DNA from: a virus
Virus record (IMG/VR): IMGVR_UViG_3300028837_001734
Coordinates: 1 to 64,000 of that record
Direction: 5' to 3' (one strand)
Length of the DNA: 64,000 nucleotides
The notes under the pieces are model-generated. The model did not search any database, had not been told where the DNA came from, and saw nothing but the letters and a program-made list of their open reading frames with translations. The first letter of the stretch is position 1; each line of letters opens with the position of its first letter. A program made the translations under genes and the position numbers. Positions 10,349 through 20,724 of the stretch are shown piece after piece.

Positions 10349-10822
10349 ATGAAATTAAATTTAGGATGTGGAAATGATATAAGAACAGACTATCTTAATA
10401 TAGATTGTCAACCTGTACCTGGTAATGTTCCTCAAGATATTTATAAACAAGGATATATCCAATCATTAGATTGGATTGTTGAAAATGGAACTATCGAAGA
10501 AATAATTGCACTTGATTGTATAGAATATTTGGTAATATCAGATGTTAAAAATACAATTTTGAATTGGACTAAAAAACTAAAACCTGGTGGGACTATAAAA
10601 ATCCTAATGCCAGATTGTTTTGCTATTGCTGTAGCATTTGGGCAAGGACAGTTTAGTATTACCGATTTTTTACAAATGATGTACGGTACACAAAAGGATG
10701 GAGATAGCAGACAATCCGCACTTGACTCCCAGTCATTGTATGATATACTACATGAAGCTGGTTTAACAATCACTAAGAAGAGATTTGAAGGTGTTGCTAT
10801 ATATGTGGAGGCCGTCAAATGA
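10349..10822 (+). CDS. SAM-dependent methyltransferase (glycan-locus type)
   Basis: KLNLGCG...YLNID...LKPGG. Confidence 0.8.
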   Translation: MKLNLGCGNDIRTDYLNIDCQPVPGNVPQDIYKQGYIQSLDWIVENGTIEEIIALDCIEYLVISDVKNTILNWTKKLKPGGTIKILMPDCFAIAVAFGQGQFSITDFLQMMYGTQKDGDSRQSALDSQSLYDILHEAGLTITKKRFEGVAIYVEAVK

Positions 10823-11610
10823 TTGCCACAAATTGTATGACCTGCTGTTTTTTTAATAAATATAAAATGCAAGGCACTGGGTGTATAGCTGGTCAATTTT
10901 GTGTTACAAATAATGATAAGACCTGGGCACCAGGTTGTTGTAGAATGTCTCGGAGTAAACAATGGGCTAAGATAACATCGAACAATGATTTAATAAAGGC
11001 AGCCAGAGAAGAAATATCCTTAAGATTCTCCTTGTTGGTTCTGTTCAATGAACATATTCATACGTTAGAAGATTTACAATTGACAATAGGAACACTGTGG
11101 TATCAGGGATGGGCAACTGAAATAATTGTTGCAGATACAACAGGCTCAAAAAATAGACATGGCTTGTCTACAAATGTTTTTAAATCACATACAAATAAAC
11201 GAAAAATAAATGATGATATACCACCACTATTTTTAGATATCAGTTCAGATACAGAATCTCCAGATAAGATGGAAGAGACAGTACGACGTATATCTCAAAA
11301 AATACATGATAAGCTCTTCATGGTTATACCTGCAGGACAAAAATGTTTCAATATATTATATCTGTGGAAACATATCAAATTACTACAAACAAGAGTCTTA
11401 ATGTGGAAACTTCCTATATGGGTAGGAGATACACCAGTTTCAGAAATAAATACTCCATATGGTTTATATCTAACAGAACCATATAAAACTGTCATACAAA
11501 AAAATAACGATAAATCCTTTCGCAAACAATTAGCGATAGAAGAAGAAGAAACTGGTATTGAATTATCTCTGACTTGTACTGAATGTGGACTCACTAATAA
11601 GGTAGATTGA
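10819..11610 (+). CDS. Hypothetical protein, Cys-rich N-terminus and possible degenerate GT-A domain
   Basis: FSLLVLF...EIIVAD pattern; located within the GT operon. Confidence 0.4.
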   Translation: MIATNCMTCCFFNKYKMQGTGCIAGQFCVTNNDKTWAPGCCRMSRSKQWAKITSNNDLIKAAREEISLRFSLLVLFNEHIHTLEDLQLTIGTLWYQGWATEIIVADTTGSKNRHGLSTNVFKSHTNKRKINDDIPPLFLDISSDTESPDKMEETVRRISQKIHDKLFMVIPAGQKCFNILYLWKHIKLLQTRVLMWKLPIWVGDTPVSEINTPYGLYLTEPYKTVIQKNNDKSFRKQLAIEEEETGIELSLTCTECGLTNKVD

Positions 11611-11613
11611 TTC

Positions 11614-12378
11614 ATGCAAGATAAAGAAAAGGTAACAGTCGTTGTAGTTACTCAAAACAATGCAAGTACTATTAAACGAGCAATACAATCAGTTGTTAAT
11701 GGATTACGTCCAGCAGATAAAGTTATTATAGGTGATAATGATAGCAAAGATGGTACATATGAAATACTATGTAATTTATTGGGTGCAGAAAAAGTAACCA
11801 TCGATGGACAAACAGGATTACCACCTGAATTTCGTGGTCAGTTCAATAATATACCAATCCATATTTTTAAACATAGAGAAACTACTAATAGTACCATACT
11901 AAATACAGCTATAAAAATGACACTTAGTGAAACTAGTATTTTTGCTTTTATGGATCCCACAAGCTGGTATGCAGGAGATAAAATTACGCAAGCTATAGCA
12001 GTATTTAATCAATATCCATCCGTAGCTTGTGTCGTAAGTGACTGCGATTTACATCATAAAGATGGTAGAGAAGAACGATTATTTAGACCATCATTTGATA
12101 TGCAACGTATGTTACATGGTTTTCATTATGATAACAATTTCATATTACGTGCACAAATTTTCCCAAAAATAAAAAGTGCATTTAATCCACAAATATCGAC
12201 TTTAGCAGAATATGAATTTTTATTGAGAGTATGCGAAGTTGGCCTAATATATCATATACCAGCACCATTGCATCATAATATCGAACAAGATATTGATATT
12301 AATAAAAGACAAGAAGCAGAAAATAAGATACGTGCTTTTACCATAGAAAGAAGAAAGCGACAAAATCCAAATGGCTAA
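11614..12378 (+). CDS. GT2 family glycosyltransferase
   Basis: VTVVVVTQN...IKRAIQSV...IIGDNDSKDGT. Confidence 0.8.
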   Translation: MQDKEKVTVVVVTQNNASTIKRAIQSVVNGLRPADKVIIGDNDSKDGTYEILCNLLGAEKVTIDGQTGLPPEFRGQFNNIPIHIFKHRETTNSTILNTAIKMTLSETSIFAFMDPTSWYAGDKITQAIAVFNQYPSVACVVSDCDLHHKDGREERLFRPSFDMQRMLHGFHYDNNFILRAQIFPKIKSAFNPQISTLAEYEFLLRVCEVGLIYHIPAPLHHNIEQDIDINKRQEAENKIRAFTIERRKRQNPNG

Positions 12379-12964
12379 AAAAAGTAAAAATCCAAATCAT
12401 ACTAAGGCTATCAACAGAAAAAAAATAGCATCAGAAGAAATGGCTCAACTTGGCCTTACACTAGATGATAACATAATGACCATAGGATTTATATTTGAAC
12501 ACTTAGGAATATCCCATTTGACATATCTTGGATTTTTATCGTTGAATCAATTATGTAGAGATTTTACTGGTATAGATATTACTTTTTTTTCACAACATCA
12601 AAGTATCCCATGTGTAAAATTATTATGTCCTGTTTTTAATACGAGTGATTTGGCTAGATGGCAAAAACACCCATTAGTAGCAACAAATATTTTAACATGC
12701 TTAGATGCTTTAGATACAAATGCATCAACTATCTACCATTATGCATTTGATCCAGAATTTATCAATGCATCACATTTACCGTCTAGCGATTTACATAAAA
12801 CATTTTGTGACCCAAGAGTAAAAGTGATAGCAAGACATGAAAATCATAGATCACTGATAGAAACAGAATTTGGAATTAAAATATGTGATACGATTGTTCC
12901 CGATTGTGATGCAGTCACATTAGTCAAACTTATTGTAACGGAGGAAAAAAATGCCCAACAATAA
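12371..12964 (+). CDS. Hypothetical protein, possible single GT-B domain
   Basis: Continuous ORF in the GT operon; weak Rossmann-like pattern. Confidence 0.4.
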   Translation: MAKKSKNPNHTKAINRKKIASEEMAQLGLTLDDNIMTIGFIFEHLGISHLTYLGFLSLNQLCRDFTGIDITFFSQHQSIPCVKLLCPVFNTSDLARWQKHPLVATNILTCLDALDTNASTIYHYAFDPEFINASHLPSSDLHKTFCDPRVKVIARHENHRSLIETEFGIKICDTIVPDCDAVTLVKLIVTEEKNAQQ

Positions 12965-13940
12965 CACATCCCCAACCCGAATGGGGAAAAAAGATTTAAT
13001 AGCAGCATTACGAGAAGAAGGGTTTGAAGAAGCTAGTTTGAAAGATGGAGATGGTAATTTCTTGAAAAGACCTATGTTAATAACAAAGTTACAAGAGCAT
13101 AGAGATGGTCAAGAAGCTATTTCTGCGTTATCTCAAGTCGAAGAAAATGATGAAGATATTGGTGTTGCTATTGTACAGCCAGACACAAATAATAAAGAGG
13201 ATGATACTATAAATCAACAATCTCTTGATTCTCCAATCATTGATTCATTAGAAGACATCAATGACGATGAGACAAATGTTATGGAGGAGACGATAGATCC
13301 TAGTAGTCCTGGTTGGACTCAATATGTACTTGGTCAATTTTTAGAAGATGAGGTTGACGGAACTAATCCACGTGTAGAAGGATTGCGTCGTGTTGCAGGC
13401 AAATTAGTTGGAGAATTGGTAGAAGAAGGATGTGATTTGGAAGCCGTACCAACACAAGACAATAATTTCCGTGCATGTACTAAAGCGTGGGGTGTTTTTA
13501 TTACACCGAACGGATTGACCAAAAGATTTGAAGCATTAGCTGATGCAAGTTCTGATAACTGTGTAGAAGATTTCGCAACATATTTGGTGGCTATGGCAGA
13601 CACAAGAGCTAAGGGTAGAATGTTCCGCAATGCATTACATTTGCGCAGAGTTGTATCTGCTGAAGAAGTAAGCAAAACAGTAGCAACAGCTAAAGATATC
13701 CAGAGCGGTGGGCCGATACATGAAGGTCAAATTAGTATGATACGGCTTATAGCAGGTAGACTTGGGGTCTCTATTATTAAATTACTTGATAGTATGGCAA
13801 TCCCATATAAGCTAGATGATAATAGCGGTGATGTTAATTTGAAAACTTTGCAATATACTGATGCCGTATTGGCAGCTAAGAGATTAAGTGAACTTAGAAA
13901 CAGTGATTGTATCCCAAATGATATAAAGGAAGGAGAATAA
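12951..13940 (+). CDS. Putative Rad52/Sak-like single-strand annealing protein
   Basis: EALADAS...AMADTRAKGRMFRNALHL resembles the A-x-T-R-A-x-G-R motif of Rad52/22-like SSAPs. Confidence 0.5.
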   Translation: MPNNNTSPTRMGKKDLIAALREEGFEEASLKDGDGNFLKRPMLITKLQEHRDGQEAISALSQVEENDEDIGVAIVQPDTNNKEDDTINQQSLDSPIIDSLEDINDDETNVMEETIDPSSPGWTQYVLGQFLEDEVDGTNPRVEGLRRVAGKLVGELVEEGCDLEAVPTQDNNFRACTKAWGVFITPNGLTKRFEALADASSDNCVEDFATYLVAMADTRAKGRMFRNALHLRRVVSAEEVSKTVATAKDIQSGGPIHEGQISMIRLIAGRLGVSIIKLLDSMAIPYKLDDNSGDVNLKTLQYTDAVLAAKRLSELRNSDCIPNDIKEGE

Positions 13941-13941
13941 A

Positions 13942-14418
13942 ATGAGCACTGAATATCCTGAAGCATATACAATATATAGGGCTAGAACAGATGGCAATGG
14001 TGTAGCTTCTCAGTGGAGTATAGGATCTAAAAGGAATTGTGTTTTTCTAGAAATGTCTAGCCAGAAAGGCAAAAATGACAAAGGTAATGCTATATTTGAT
14101 TGGGATAATAAGATTAGTTTTAAATTAGGTGATTCTGATATTGGAGAAATCTTAGCTGTTTTGATAGGTCGCCAAGAAGGGGTAGGTCCATTTGACATAG
14201 GTAGAGGTAAGCATAAGGGATTATTTCATTCTAATCAAAGTGGTAATGCAGTTCTGTATTTTAGTAGAGACAAATCAGGCAGTCATTTTAATATCTGTTT
14301 AAGTGTCAAAAAGGGGAATGAGCCTATTAGAGTACAGCACACAATCACAAATGGAGAAGCTTGTTTGATCAGTACACTATTGCGTCGTGCTATAGAAATA
14401 ATGTATAAATGGGACTAA
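13942..14418 (+). CDS. Putative Whirly-fold ssDNA-binding protein
   Basis: VFLEMS...FDWDNKISFKLGDSDIGEILAVL...LFH resembles the Whirly YDW.K..F.L...EIG motif. Confidence 0.5.
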   Translation: MSTEYPEAYTIYRARTDGNGVASQWSIGSKRNCVFLEMSSQKGKNDKGNAIFDWDNKISFKLGDSDIGEILAVLIGRQEGVGPFDIGRGKHKGLFHSNQSGNAVLYFSRDKSGSHFNICLSVKKGNEPIRVQHTITNGEACLISTLLRRAIEIMYKWD

Positions 14419-14765
14419 CCGCTATTAGATTGACGATCTTTCTCCATACGTTCCATAAGCGCTTTTAAGACTTGTACATCGGTACGTAGATTACCGACAG
14501 TAGTATTAAGATTCGCAATATTTTCTTGTAATTGAGTCATGTGAGCCGCTATGATCTTCGCATAGCGGTTCATTTCCTTTTCAGTATTGTCTGCATAATT
14601 TGAATTAGCCAATTTAATGCTATCAATATCAGAAGTATGTTTGATTAGAGCGTCTCTGACATGTTGTCTTTCGGCTCCCATAGAAAATGCTGTACCAGCA
14701 ATACCGCTAATAATACCTATGACTAGACCAATCATACCATAAGCAGTTTGTTGTTTTTTAGTCAT
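14415..14765 (-). CDS. Membrane-anchored coiled-coil protein (holin/lysis-associated candidate)
   Basis: N-terminal TM helix IGLVIGIISGIAGTAF followed by heptad repeats. Confidence 0.45.
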   Translation of the reverse strand: MTKKQQTAYGMIGLVIGIISGIAGTAFSMGAERQHVRDALIKHTSDIDSIKLANSNYADNTEKEMNRYAKIIAAHMTQLQENIANLNTTVGNLRTDVQVLKALMERMEKDRQSNSG

Positions 14766-14766
14766 T

Positions 14767-15084
14767 TTATCCCCCTAATTCTATTTGTTCTAACAAATCT
14801 CGTTGCCAATTATCTCGGGTAATGACCAAAACTTTTAACCCGTATTTTCTATAAAAAGCCTTTTTTCTCTCTAACTTATCATCTGTCCTAACTTCCATTA
14901 AACCATCATATTCAATCCATAAGTCATATTCTGGTAAATAAAAATCAGATATACTACGACTAGGTTTAGGTAATCGCTTATGTGATTCATATTGTATATC
15001 ATTAGTTAAAAGCCAATCTGCTACTTCAGCTTCAGATCGAGAATCATAAAGCTCACCATCTAAACCTATTGCCTTTTGCCACAT
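14767..15084 (-). CDS. PD-(D/E)XK endonuclease
   Basis: DSRSEAEVADWL...DFYLP...IEYDG. Confidence 0.7.
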   Translation of the reverse strand: MWQKAIGLDGELYDSRSEAEVADWLLTNDIQYESHKRLPKPSRSISDFYLPEYDLWIEYDGLMEVRTDDKLERKKAFYRKYGLKVLVITRDNWQRDLLEQIELGG

Positions 15085-15092
15085 AAATCACC

Positions 15093-15139
15093 AAAAAAAA
15101 GAGAGGGCTATCCGCGTCGGGTCACGGAACGCCCCCCTC
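15093..15139 (-). terminator. Intrinsic terminator
   Basis: On - strand a GAGGGGGGC...GCCCTCTC hairpin followed by a U-run, just after the 15160 stop. Confidence 0.65.
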
Positions 15140-15159
15140 AATCCCTAATCTCTTGTCAT

Positions 15160-15798
15160 TTACAGATATTCAAGTTGGACGTATAATCCGAATGCTTCCT
15201 TCGAACCGATACTAAGTGGCGTTGCTGAAAGACCACAATACCAATCATGTCGTGTCTCTGTTGTATCTGTCCCTGATGGCGACAATCCACCACTACCTGC
15301 ACTACTTAATAGTGGGACAGTAACTCCAGATCCAGATGGAGCTATCCAACCGCTATGACTACCTGGTGCTTCCGCAGTACCACTAGAGCTAACCCCAGAA
15401 CCTCCATTGCAAATCTGAACAACCTGAGTAGTAACACCAGTCGCGCCATTAGTAATAGTAGTCCTGTCGAAAATACGTAATTCACAATTCTGAGTCTTCA
15501 CAGCACTGTCGAAAGTAAATCTAATATTCAGTGTACCTGAATTAATCGCAACCGCAGATGGTTCTACTGCCGTATCACCATTAACAATAACACCAGATGT
15601 TACTGTATCGTATTTACAATTTGTTGCCTGTGGACCTTCTACACTACCATCACTCGCACTGATAAAAGTTGTATCTTGATACTCCCCGACTTGAACCGAA
15701 GTTGCAAATGCTGCACCGAAAAATCCTAAACCAGACGAGTTAAGATCAGTCCAGGTTCCACCACCTTCTCCTGCATAAAAATTAATTTCTGCTGCCAT
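15160..15798 (-). CDS. Putative virion structural protein, Ser-Gly rich
   Basis: Strong RBS; beta-rich composition; paralog of 15866..16501 (TRHDWY...LEYL). Confidence 0.6.
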   Translation of the reverse strand: MAAEINFYAGEGGGTWTDLNSSGLGFFGAAFATSVQVGEYQDTTFISASDGSVEGPQATNCKYDTVTSGVIVNGDTAVEPSAVAINSGTLNIRFTFDSAVKTQNCELRIFDRTTITNGATGVTTQVVQICNGGSGVSSSGTAEAPGSHSGWIAPSGSGVTVPLLSSAGSGGLSPSGTDTTETRHDWYCGLSATPLSIGSKEAFGLYVQLEYL

Positions 15799-15845
15799 AT
15801 CTTACACCTCCTTTCATTCAACTTAAAACACATATATCCAATATA

Positions 15846-15855
15846 TTATACACCA
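15846..15855 (-). promoter_or_regulatory. Putative late promoter TGGTGTATAA
   Basis: GTGTATAA core recurs just upstream of many - strand genes. Confidence 0.6.
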
Positions 15856-15865
15856 ATACTAATAA

Positions 15866-16501
15866 TTACAAATATTCCAATTCTACTGTAACACCAAATT
15901 GTTTATCTCCTAATTGTGTTGGTGTACAGCTCATGGCAACATACCAATCATGTCTAGTGCTCAATTCTTCAAATCCACCCTGTCTAACACCATTCAAACC
16001 CGGCGAATCCACCAAAGTGATGTAATTTGACCCAGAGGCACTAAGATCAGACCACTCAGAATCAGTATAAGAACTTTCGACAGTCTGTAATTGACTAGGA
16101 TGTCGTATTTCTGCTGCTTTAAATGTTAAATTTTCCGCTGGTCGTTCTTTATTGGAAGTTGTACCAGTAAAGGTACCATCACAAATCCACAATCTAACAC
16201 GCTGACAATAAATAGCACTCCCATGGGAAAAACGTATATTGGCTGTAGCTAATTCATTTGGTAAATTACTCAAAAGGAGACCTGAACCTTCTTGGCCATG
16301 TATTACACCAGACACGTCATTATATTTATTATTATTACATTCCCACCCTTGCACAGTACCACTTGAATTAGTAACAAATGTATGACCTTGATATTCACCA
16401 ATGACAACTGGATCATCAAATCCATTATCACCATAGAATCCTAAGCCAGAACTTGTACTAACTAAAGTATCCTCACCAGCATACAAATTTCTTGTAGCCA
16501 T
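15866..16501 (-). CDS. Putative virion structural protein, paralog of 15160..15798
   Basis: Shared SSGLGF.G, GEYQ..TF, NIRF, TRHDWY, LEYL. Confidence 0.6.
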   Translation of the reverse strand: MATRNLYAGEDTLVSTSSGLGFYGDNGFDDPVVIGEYQGHTFVTNSSGTVQGWECNNNKYNDVSGVIHGQEGSGLLLSNLPNELATANIRFSHGSAIYCQRVRLWICDGTFTGTTSNKERPAENLTFKAAEIRHPSQLQTVESSYTDSEWSDLSASGSNYITLVDSPGLNGVRQGGFEELSTRHDWYVAMSCTPTQLGDKQFGVTVELEYL

Positions 16502-16517
16502 AACTTCCTCCTATTAC

Positions 16518-16526
16518 TTATACACA
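16518..16526 (-). promoter_or_regulatory. Putative late promoter TGTGTATAA
   Basis: Same motif, 17 nt upstream of the 16501 start and its GAGG RBS. Confidence 0.55.
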
Positions 16527-18293
16527 TTAGATCGATATTTCATGAGTTATTGGATCCATATTGCTGCCAGTAATAGTAAAAGAAATTATAATATTTGGCG
16601 TTACAATTTGACTAATTCCACCAGGGCTATTAATATAACCTACAAACTGATTACCAATTGGATAATGAGTATGTGTATCTAAGACAAAAATGATACCAGA
16701 TAATACGAGATGTGTATGGGTATATGGTAAACTTAGTCTCTGATCATGTGTCGTTGTGTTCATATGTGCTCTATGACGATTATTGACTATGAGCCTCATT
16801 CTCAGAGTATTGCAACCAACACCGAGCGTATATGTTTTATTGAACTCATATATCAAATCACTACGATCCGGTATTGGAAAACCAGTATGATTAGTCCCAC
16901 CAACAGTCTCCTGATCTTCTAATTCTTCTGATTCAAATACACCATCTGGTTGATGAAGACCAACCCCTAACCACGTTCTATCAAAACATTTCTGATTATC
17001 TAGACTCATGTCTAAAATAACCTTTTTTCTTAAATATTCTGTAGGATTATGTACAGTACTAATAACAATGCCAGGATCATCTTGAGCACTATTATAACGG
17101 ACATCTCTCTGTAATCTTAACGCTTCTGGATTAGAAAGCGGAGTTTTAATGGTGACAGTACCAGCAACATTAACAGTCCCGGCTTCACCATTTTCAGCAT
17201 CAGGTATATCTGTAATATTCAATATTGTATCACTAATAAGATATGATCCATAATTATAACCTTTTGTCGGTATCGATGGAATAATATATCCACCATTTTG
17301 CTGCATGGCACCAGCGGTCATATTAACATGATATTCACCACCGACAGTTTGTACCGGTATTAAATTAACAACAGAATTAAGTTCCGTTAATGATCTGTAT
17401 TCATTTTGATCTCCGATAGTACCATCATGGTATGCATTGTCTCCATTTAAAGAGTTAAGTGCCTCTAATGCAGATAAAACTGTACATTTATGAACAAATG
17501 TGCCCCATTCATCAAAATTAGAAGCTAATGTTTGTGGATGACCATCTGGTCCAGTGTCTGGAAAGAATCCACTGTCTAATCTAGCATATAACGTAAAATT
17601 CTCTGCACTAACAAGATCAAAATCTATCTCTGCTTTAGTAGCAAGATCTTGAGCAGCAATGCTCAATGAAGCTATTAAAACTCTCAGAGCCTGTGGCATA
17701 CCAATATATGAAAATATTAATTTATTAGCAAAAAGTTGACTCATTTGATCTACTGTCACGCCGTTGAATGTTGGATAATGATAAGTATTTTGAACCCGAC
17801 CAGTATTTGAATTAACCGTAGGAGTATTAAGCCAATCACTAGGAATTTCAGATAATAATGGATAAATATCAGACATGCCAAAATAAACAGTATTACCCTC
17901 TAAATCCATCATCGGTATAGATATATCTACTGCTGGAGTAATAGTCCCAGGATCATCAAGACCTGCATGAACCAATAATAATAATGCTATACCATATGAC
18001 ATCCTAGAAAATGTATCAATAATTCCAAGAAGATGTCCAGGATGATTATATTCTATACCTGGATTACCAACCCCAAGACCATCGTATGTCGTAGATACTG
18101 TATAAGGATTAACAGTAATATCCCTATACTCATAGGGATCAAAACCAATTGACGGAGCAGATAATGTAGTCGGATTAGGATATAGAGGACCCTGTATACC
18201 ACCACATAAATATCCTCTTTGAGTAATAAAGCCTTGATATCCCTGAGCATAAAGACTAACCAGTTTATTTTCCTCTATAATACCGATAGCCAT
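16527..18293 (-). CDS. Hypothetical tail/baseplate-region protein
   Basis: 588 aa ORF with GGAG RBS, downstream of tail genes. Confidence 0.45.
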   Translation of the reverse strand: MAIGIIEENKLVSLYAQGYQGFITQRGYLCGGIQGPLYPNPTTLSAPSIGFDPYEYRDITVNPYTVSTTYDGLGVGNPGIEYNHPGHLLGIIDTFSRMSYGIALLLLVHAGLDDPGTITPAVDISIPMMDLEGNTVYFGMSDIYPLLSEIPSDWLNTPTVNSNTGRVQNTYHYPTFNGVTVDQMSQLFANKLIFSYIGMPQALRVLIASLSIAAQDLATKAEIDFDLVSAENFTLYARLDSGFFPDTGPDGHPQTLASNFDEWGTFVHKCTVLSALEALNSLNGDNAYHDGTIGDQNEYRSLTELNSVVNLIPVQTVGGEYHVNMTAGAMQQNGGYIIPSIPTKGYNYGSYLISDTILNITDIPDAENGEAGTVNVAGTVTIKTPLSNPEALRLQRDVRYNSAQDDPGIVISTVHNPTEYLRKKVILDMSLDNQKCFDRTWLGVGLHQPDGVFESEELEDQETVGGTNHTGFPIPDRSDLIYEFNKTYTLGVGCNTLRMRLIVNNRHRAHMNTTTHDQRLSLPYTHTHLVLSGIIFVLDTHTHYPIGNQFVGYINSPGGISQIVTPNIIISFTITGSNMDPITHEISI

Positions 18294-18304
18294 TTAATAT
18301 CTCC

Positions 18305-20722
18305 TTATGTCTCTATTGGAGGTGGTGAAAACGTCTGTGGAGTTTGTTCGATATATGCAGTAAACGGTCCATGCTCACTTTCACTAAAAATTTTCACTGT
18401 AACCTTAGTATCAACTTGTAATAAACCAGGACTATTAAGTGGTTCAGCCAAATTACGAATACGCGGCCATTCTGGTACACCAAAAACAGGATGAGCAGCG
18501 AAAGTATGTGGATCTATATCTACATGACTTAATCTTCTCACGGTATAAAACGGTCCACCATCCCTACTCACTATAATACCCATTCCACCTGTTGGCGTCT
18601 CAAGAGACCATCTCATAAATGGATCCATTATTGAATGTGGTTCATCTGGTGGTCTATCTTCAATATCTGTTAAAGCTTCATCTATTATCTCTTCAAGTGC
18701 ATCCCGAACATCTTCTTCAATTATTTCTCTTTCCGGAATTGGATAAGGATCTGGCGGTACGTATTGTGGATGCTCCAATTCTCGCGCGTCTTCTATTTCC
18801 TGTTCTTCTCTAATCCTTTGATTTTGCCTTCTAAAAAGTCCCAATTCTTTTGTATATAAATTCATTACATATCTAGTCGTAATACCATTAGGACCATATC
18901 TGACAAATACTTCTGTTACACTACCACCAGTACCTATGGCTTGACCTATATTAACACGTGGTATATCTGCTACTTCAAGCTGACCAGTATTTATAATAGA
19001 TATAGATGGCAAAACATCTATCCTTTTGTTCGCCGCTTCTTCTAATGCAGTCATTGCTTCTGCATGAGACATATCTCGTGTCCCAAACATCCATGGAACC
19101 AATGTAGAATCAACATTAACTTCACATCTGCCTGGTAGTGGAGTTACACTAGGATGTAAATCGGAATTCGTCCAAGGACCATAATTATTCAATTTATCCA
19201 TCAATGGAATCCACGCTCTATCTATCTTTTCATGAGGTATAGTTCCACTAATATTAACAGCTCCTTCGATTAACTCATAACGGATTAGAGGTGTCGGCAT
19301 AGTAATAACAACATATTGATCATGTTGTTCTAACGTACATTGCATATATGCATCATCATCAAGTTGAATAAAATTACTAGTCGATTTAACTCTATCATCC
19401 CATACAATATTGTTTACACTTTCCGGTGGATCACCAACAGTGAATAAGTTTGGTAATCTGACAAATGGCCCCCATCTTCCGTCTGGCGATGTCATTTTTA
19501 ATAATGTTTCCGGTGGAAATTGCGTGGATCCCTGTGGATAATTAATACCTTCCCACCAACCACCATCAACAACTTCAGGATAATGTGCGGAATTGCCAGA
19601 CGCAGAAAGTGTACTAGTAGATACAGTACAATAGAATTTACGACCCCAATATTCGTCTATATAAGCTTCAAGAACTAATAATTGGTCTCTAGGTAATTTT
19701 CCATCATGAACACCATTTCGAACGTCTTGCATATATGCCAATGAAACTGGCATACGAACTCCAGGTGGATCGTCCGGCATCTGATAGGCTGGTGAGGATA
19801 AAGGCACACCAGAAGTGTCAAAACCCCAAAATGGACTAATGCTACTTTCAATAATAGGCATTAATTTTTGACGTATTCCACCCCAAAGTATCTTATTTGT
19901 AACGACATCATTATTCTCATATCCATCCTTACGCATAATGACTCTATCGCCATGTAGAGCTGCTAATTCATCCATTTCTAATCTATTTGGATTCTCAATA
20001 CCATCGACCCGCCTAATAGCTTTGACTACAATAACTACAGTATCATCAGTATCACTTTTCCTATGAGATTCTACCCACCATTCTGCACCTATTGCGTTAC
20101 AAAATTCTGTAATAGCGGATGTAACAGATCGAACTTCGCCCTGAATAGCATAATCAGATGCAGTATCTCCCGCTGTTGTTGTCAATTCTTCCAACTCACT
20201 CAAATCAACTTCAAAAGTATCATTACCATAAGATAGTGTGGCCTCTTCGAGACGGTTTATAATTGTAGCAAAAGTAAGTCCACCTCCTACATTCATATTA
20301 ATACTTGCCGTAGGATCTGGTCCTCCATCATCTACTGTAATAGTAGATATAGTATTACTACCACCTAATGATGCCATTAAGTTTGGATCTGGTGTATAGA
20401 CGTTAAGAAGTTGAGCAGTATCAAGGACAGTGCGGCAATCAGTTAATCTGACAACATAGATTCCAGTACCTTGTTGATCAATTGTAGTTTTTTCCCATGA
20501 TTGTACAATCCCTAACAAATCTAACGAACCGAAATCTACTTCTTGAACAGATTTTACATCAGTTTGACCAAGAGTAAAAGTTCCAACTGTTTCTTCAACG
20601 ACAGTAACTGTAAATACAATAGGTTGACTATTAAAACCCATTTGTACAGTTATATTTTTCATTGGACAACCAAATACACTAGTCTGTCTTGCTCCAGATA
20701 TATCATCATAAATTATCGACAT
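18305..20722 (-). CDS. Putative tail tip/baseplate hub protein
   Basis: 805 aa beta-rich protein in the post-tape-measure position. Confidence 0.5.
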   Translation of the reverse strand: MSIIYDDISGARQTSVFGCPMKNITVQMGFNSQPIVFTVTVVEETVGTFTLGQTDVKSVQEVDFGSLDLLGIVQSWEKTTIDQQGTGIYVVRLTDCRTVLDTAQLLNVYTPDPNLMASLGGSNTISTITVDDGGPDPTASINMNVGGGLTFATIINRLEEATLSYGNDTFEVDLSELEELTTTAGDTASDYAIQGEVRSVTSAITEFCNAIGAEWWVESHRKSDTDDTVVIVVKAIRRVDGIENPNRLEMDELAALHGDRVIMRKDGYENNDVVTNKILWGGIRQKLMPIIESSISPFWGFDTSGVPLSSPAYQMPDDPPGVRMPVSLAYMQDVRNGVHDGKLPRDQLLVLEAYIDEYWGRKFYCTVSTSTLSASGNSAHYPEVVDGGWWEGINYPQGSTQFPPETLLKMTSPDGRWGPFVRLPNLFTVGDPPESVNNIVWDDRVKSTSNFIQLDDDAYMQCTLEQHDQYVVITMPTPLIRYELIEGAVNISGTIPHEKIDRAWIPLMDKLNNYGPWTNSDLHPSVTPLPGRCEVNVDSTLVPWMFGTRDMSHAEAMTALEEAANKRIDVLPSISIINTGQLEVADIPRVNIGQAIGTGGSVTEVFVRYGPNGITTRYVMNLYTKELGLFRRQNQRIREEQEIEDARELEHPQYVPPDPYPIPEREIIEEDVRDALEEIIDEALTDIEDRPPDEPHSIMDPFMRWSLETPTGGMGIIVSRDGGPFYTVRRLSHVDIDPHTFAAHPVFGVPEWPRIRNLAEPLNSPGLLQVDTKVTVKIFSESEHGPFTAYIEQTPQTFSPPPIET

Positions 20723-20724
20723 TC

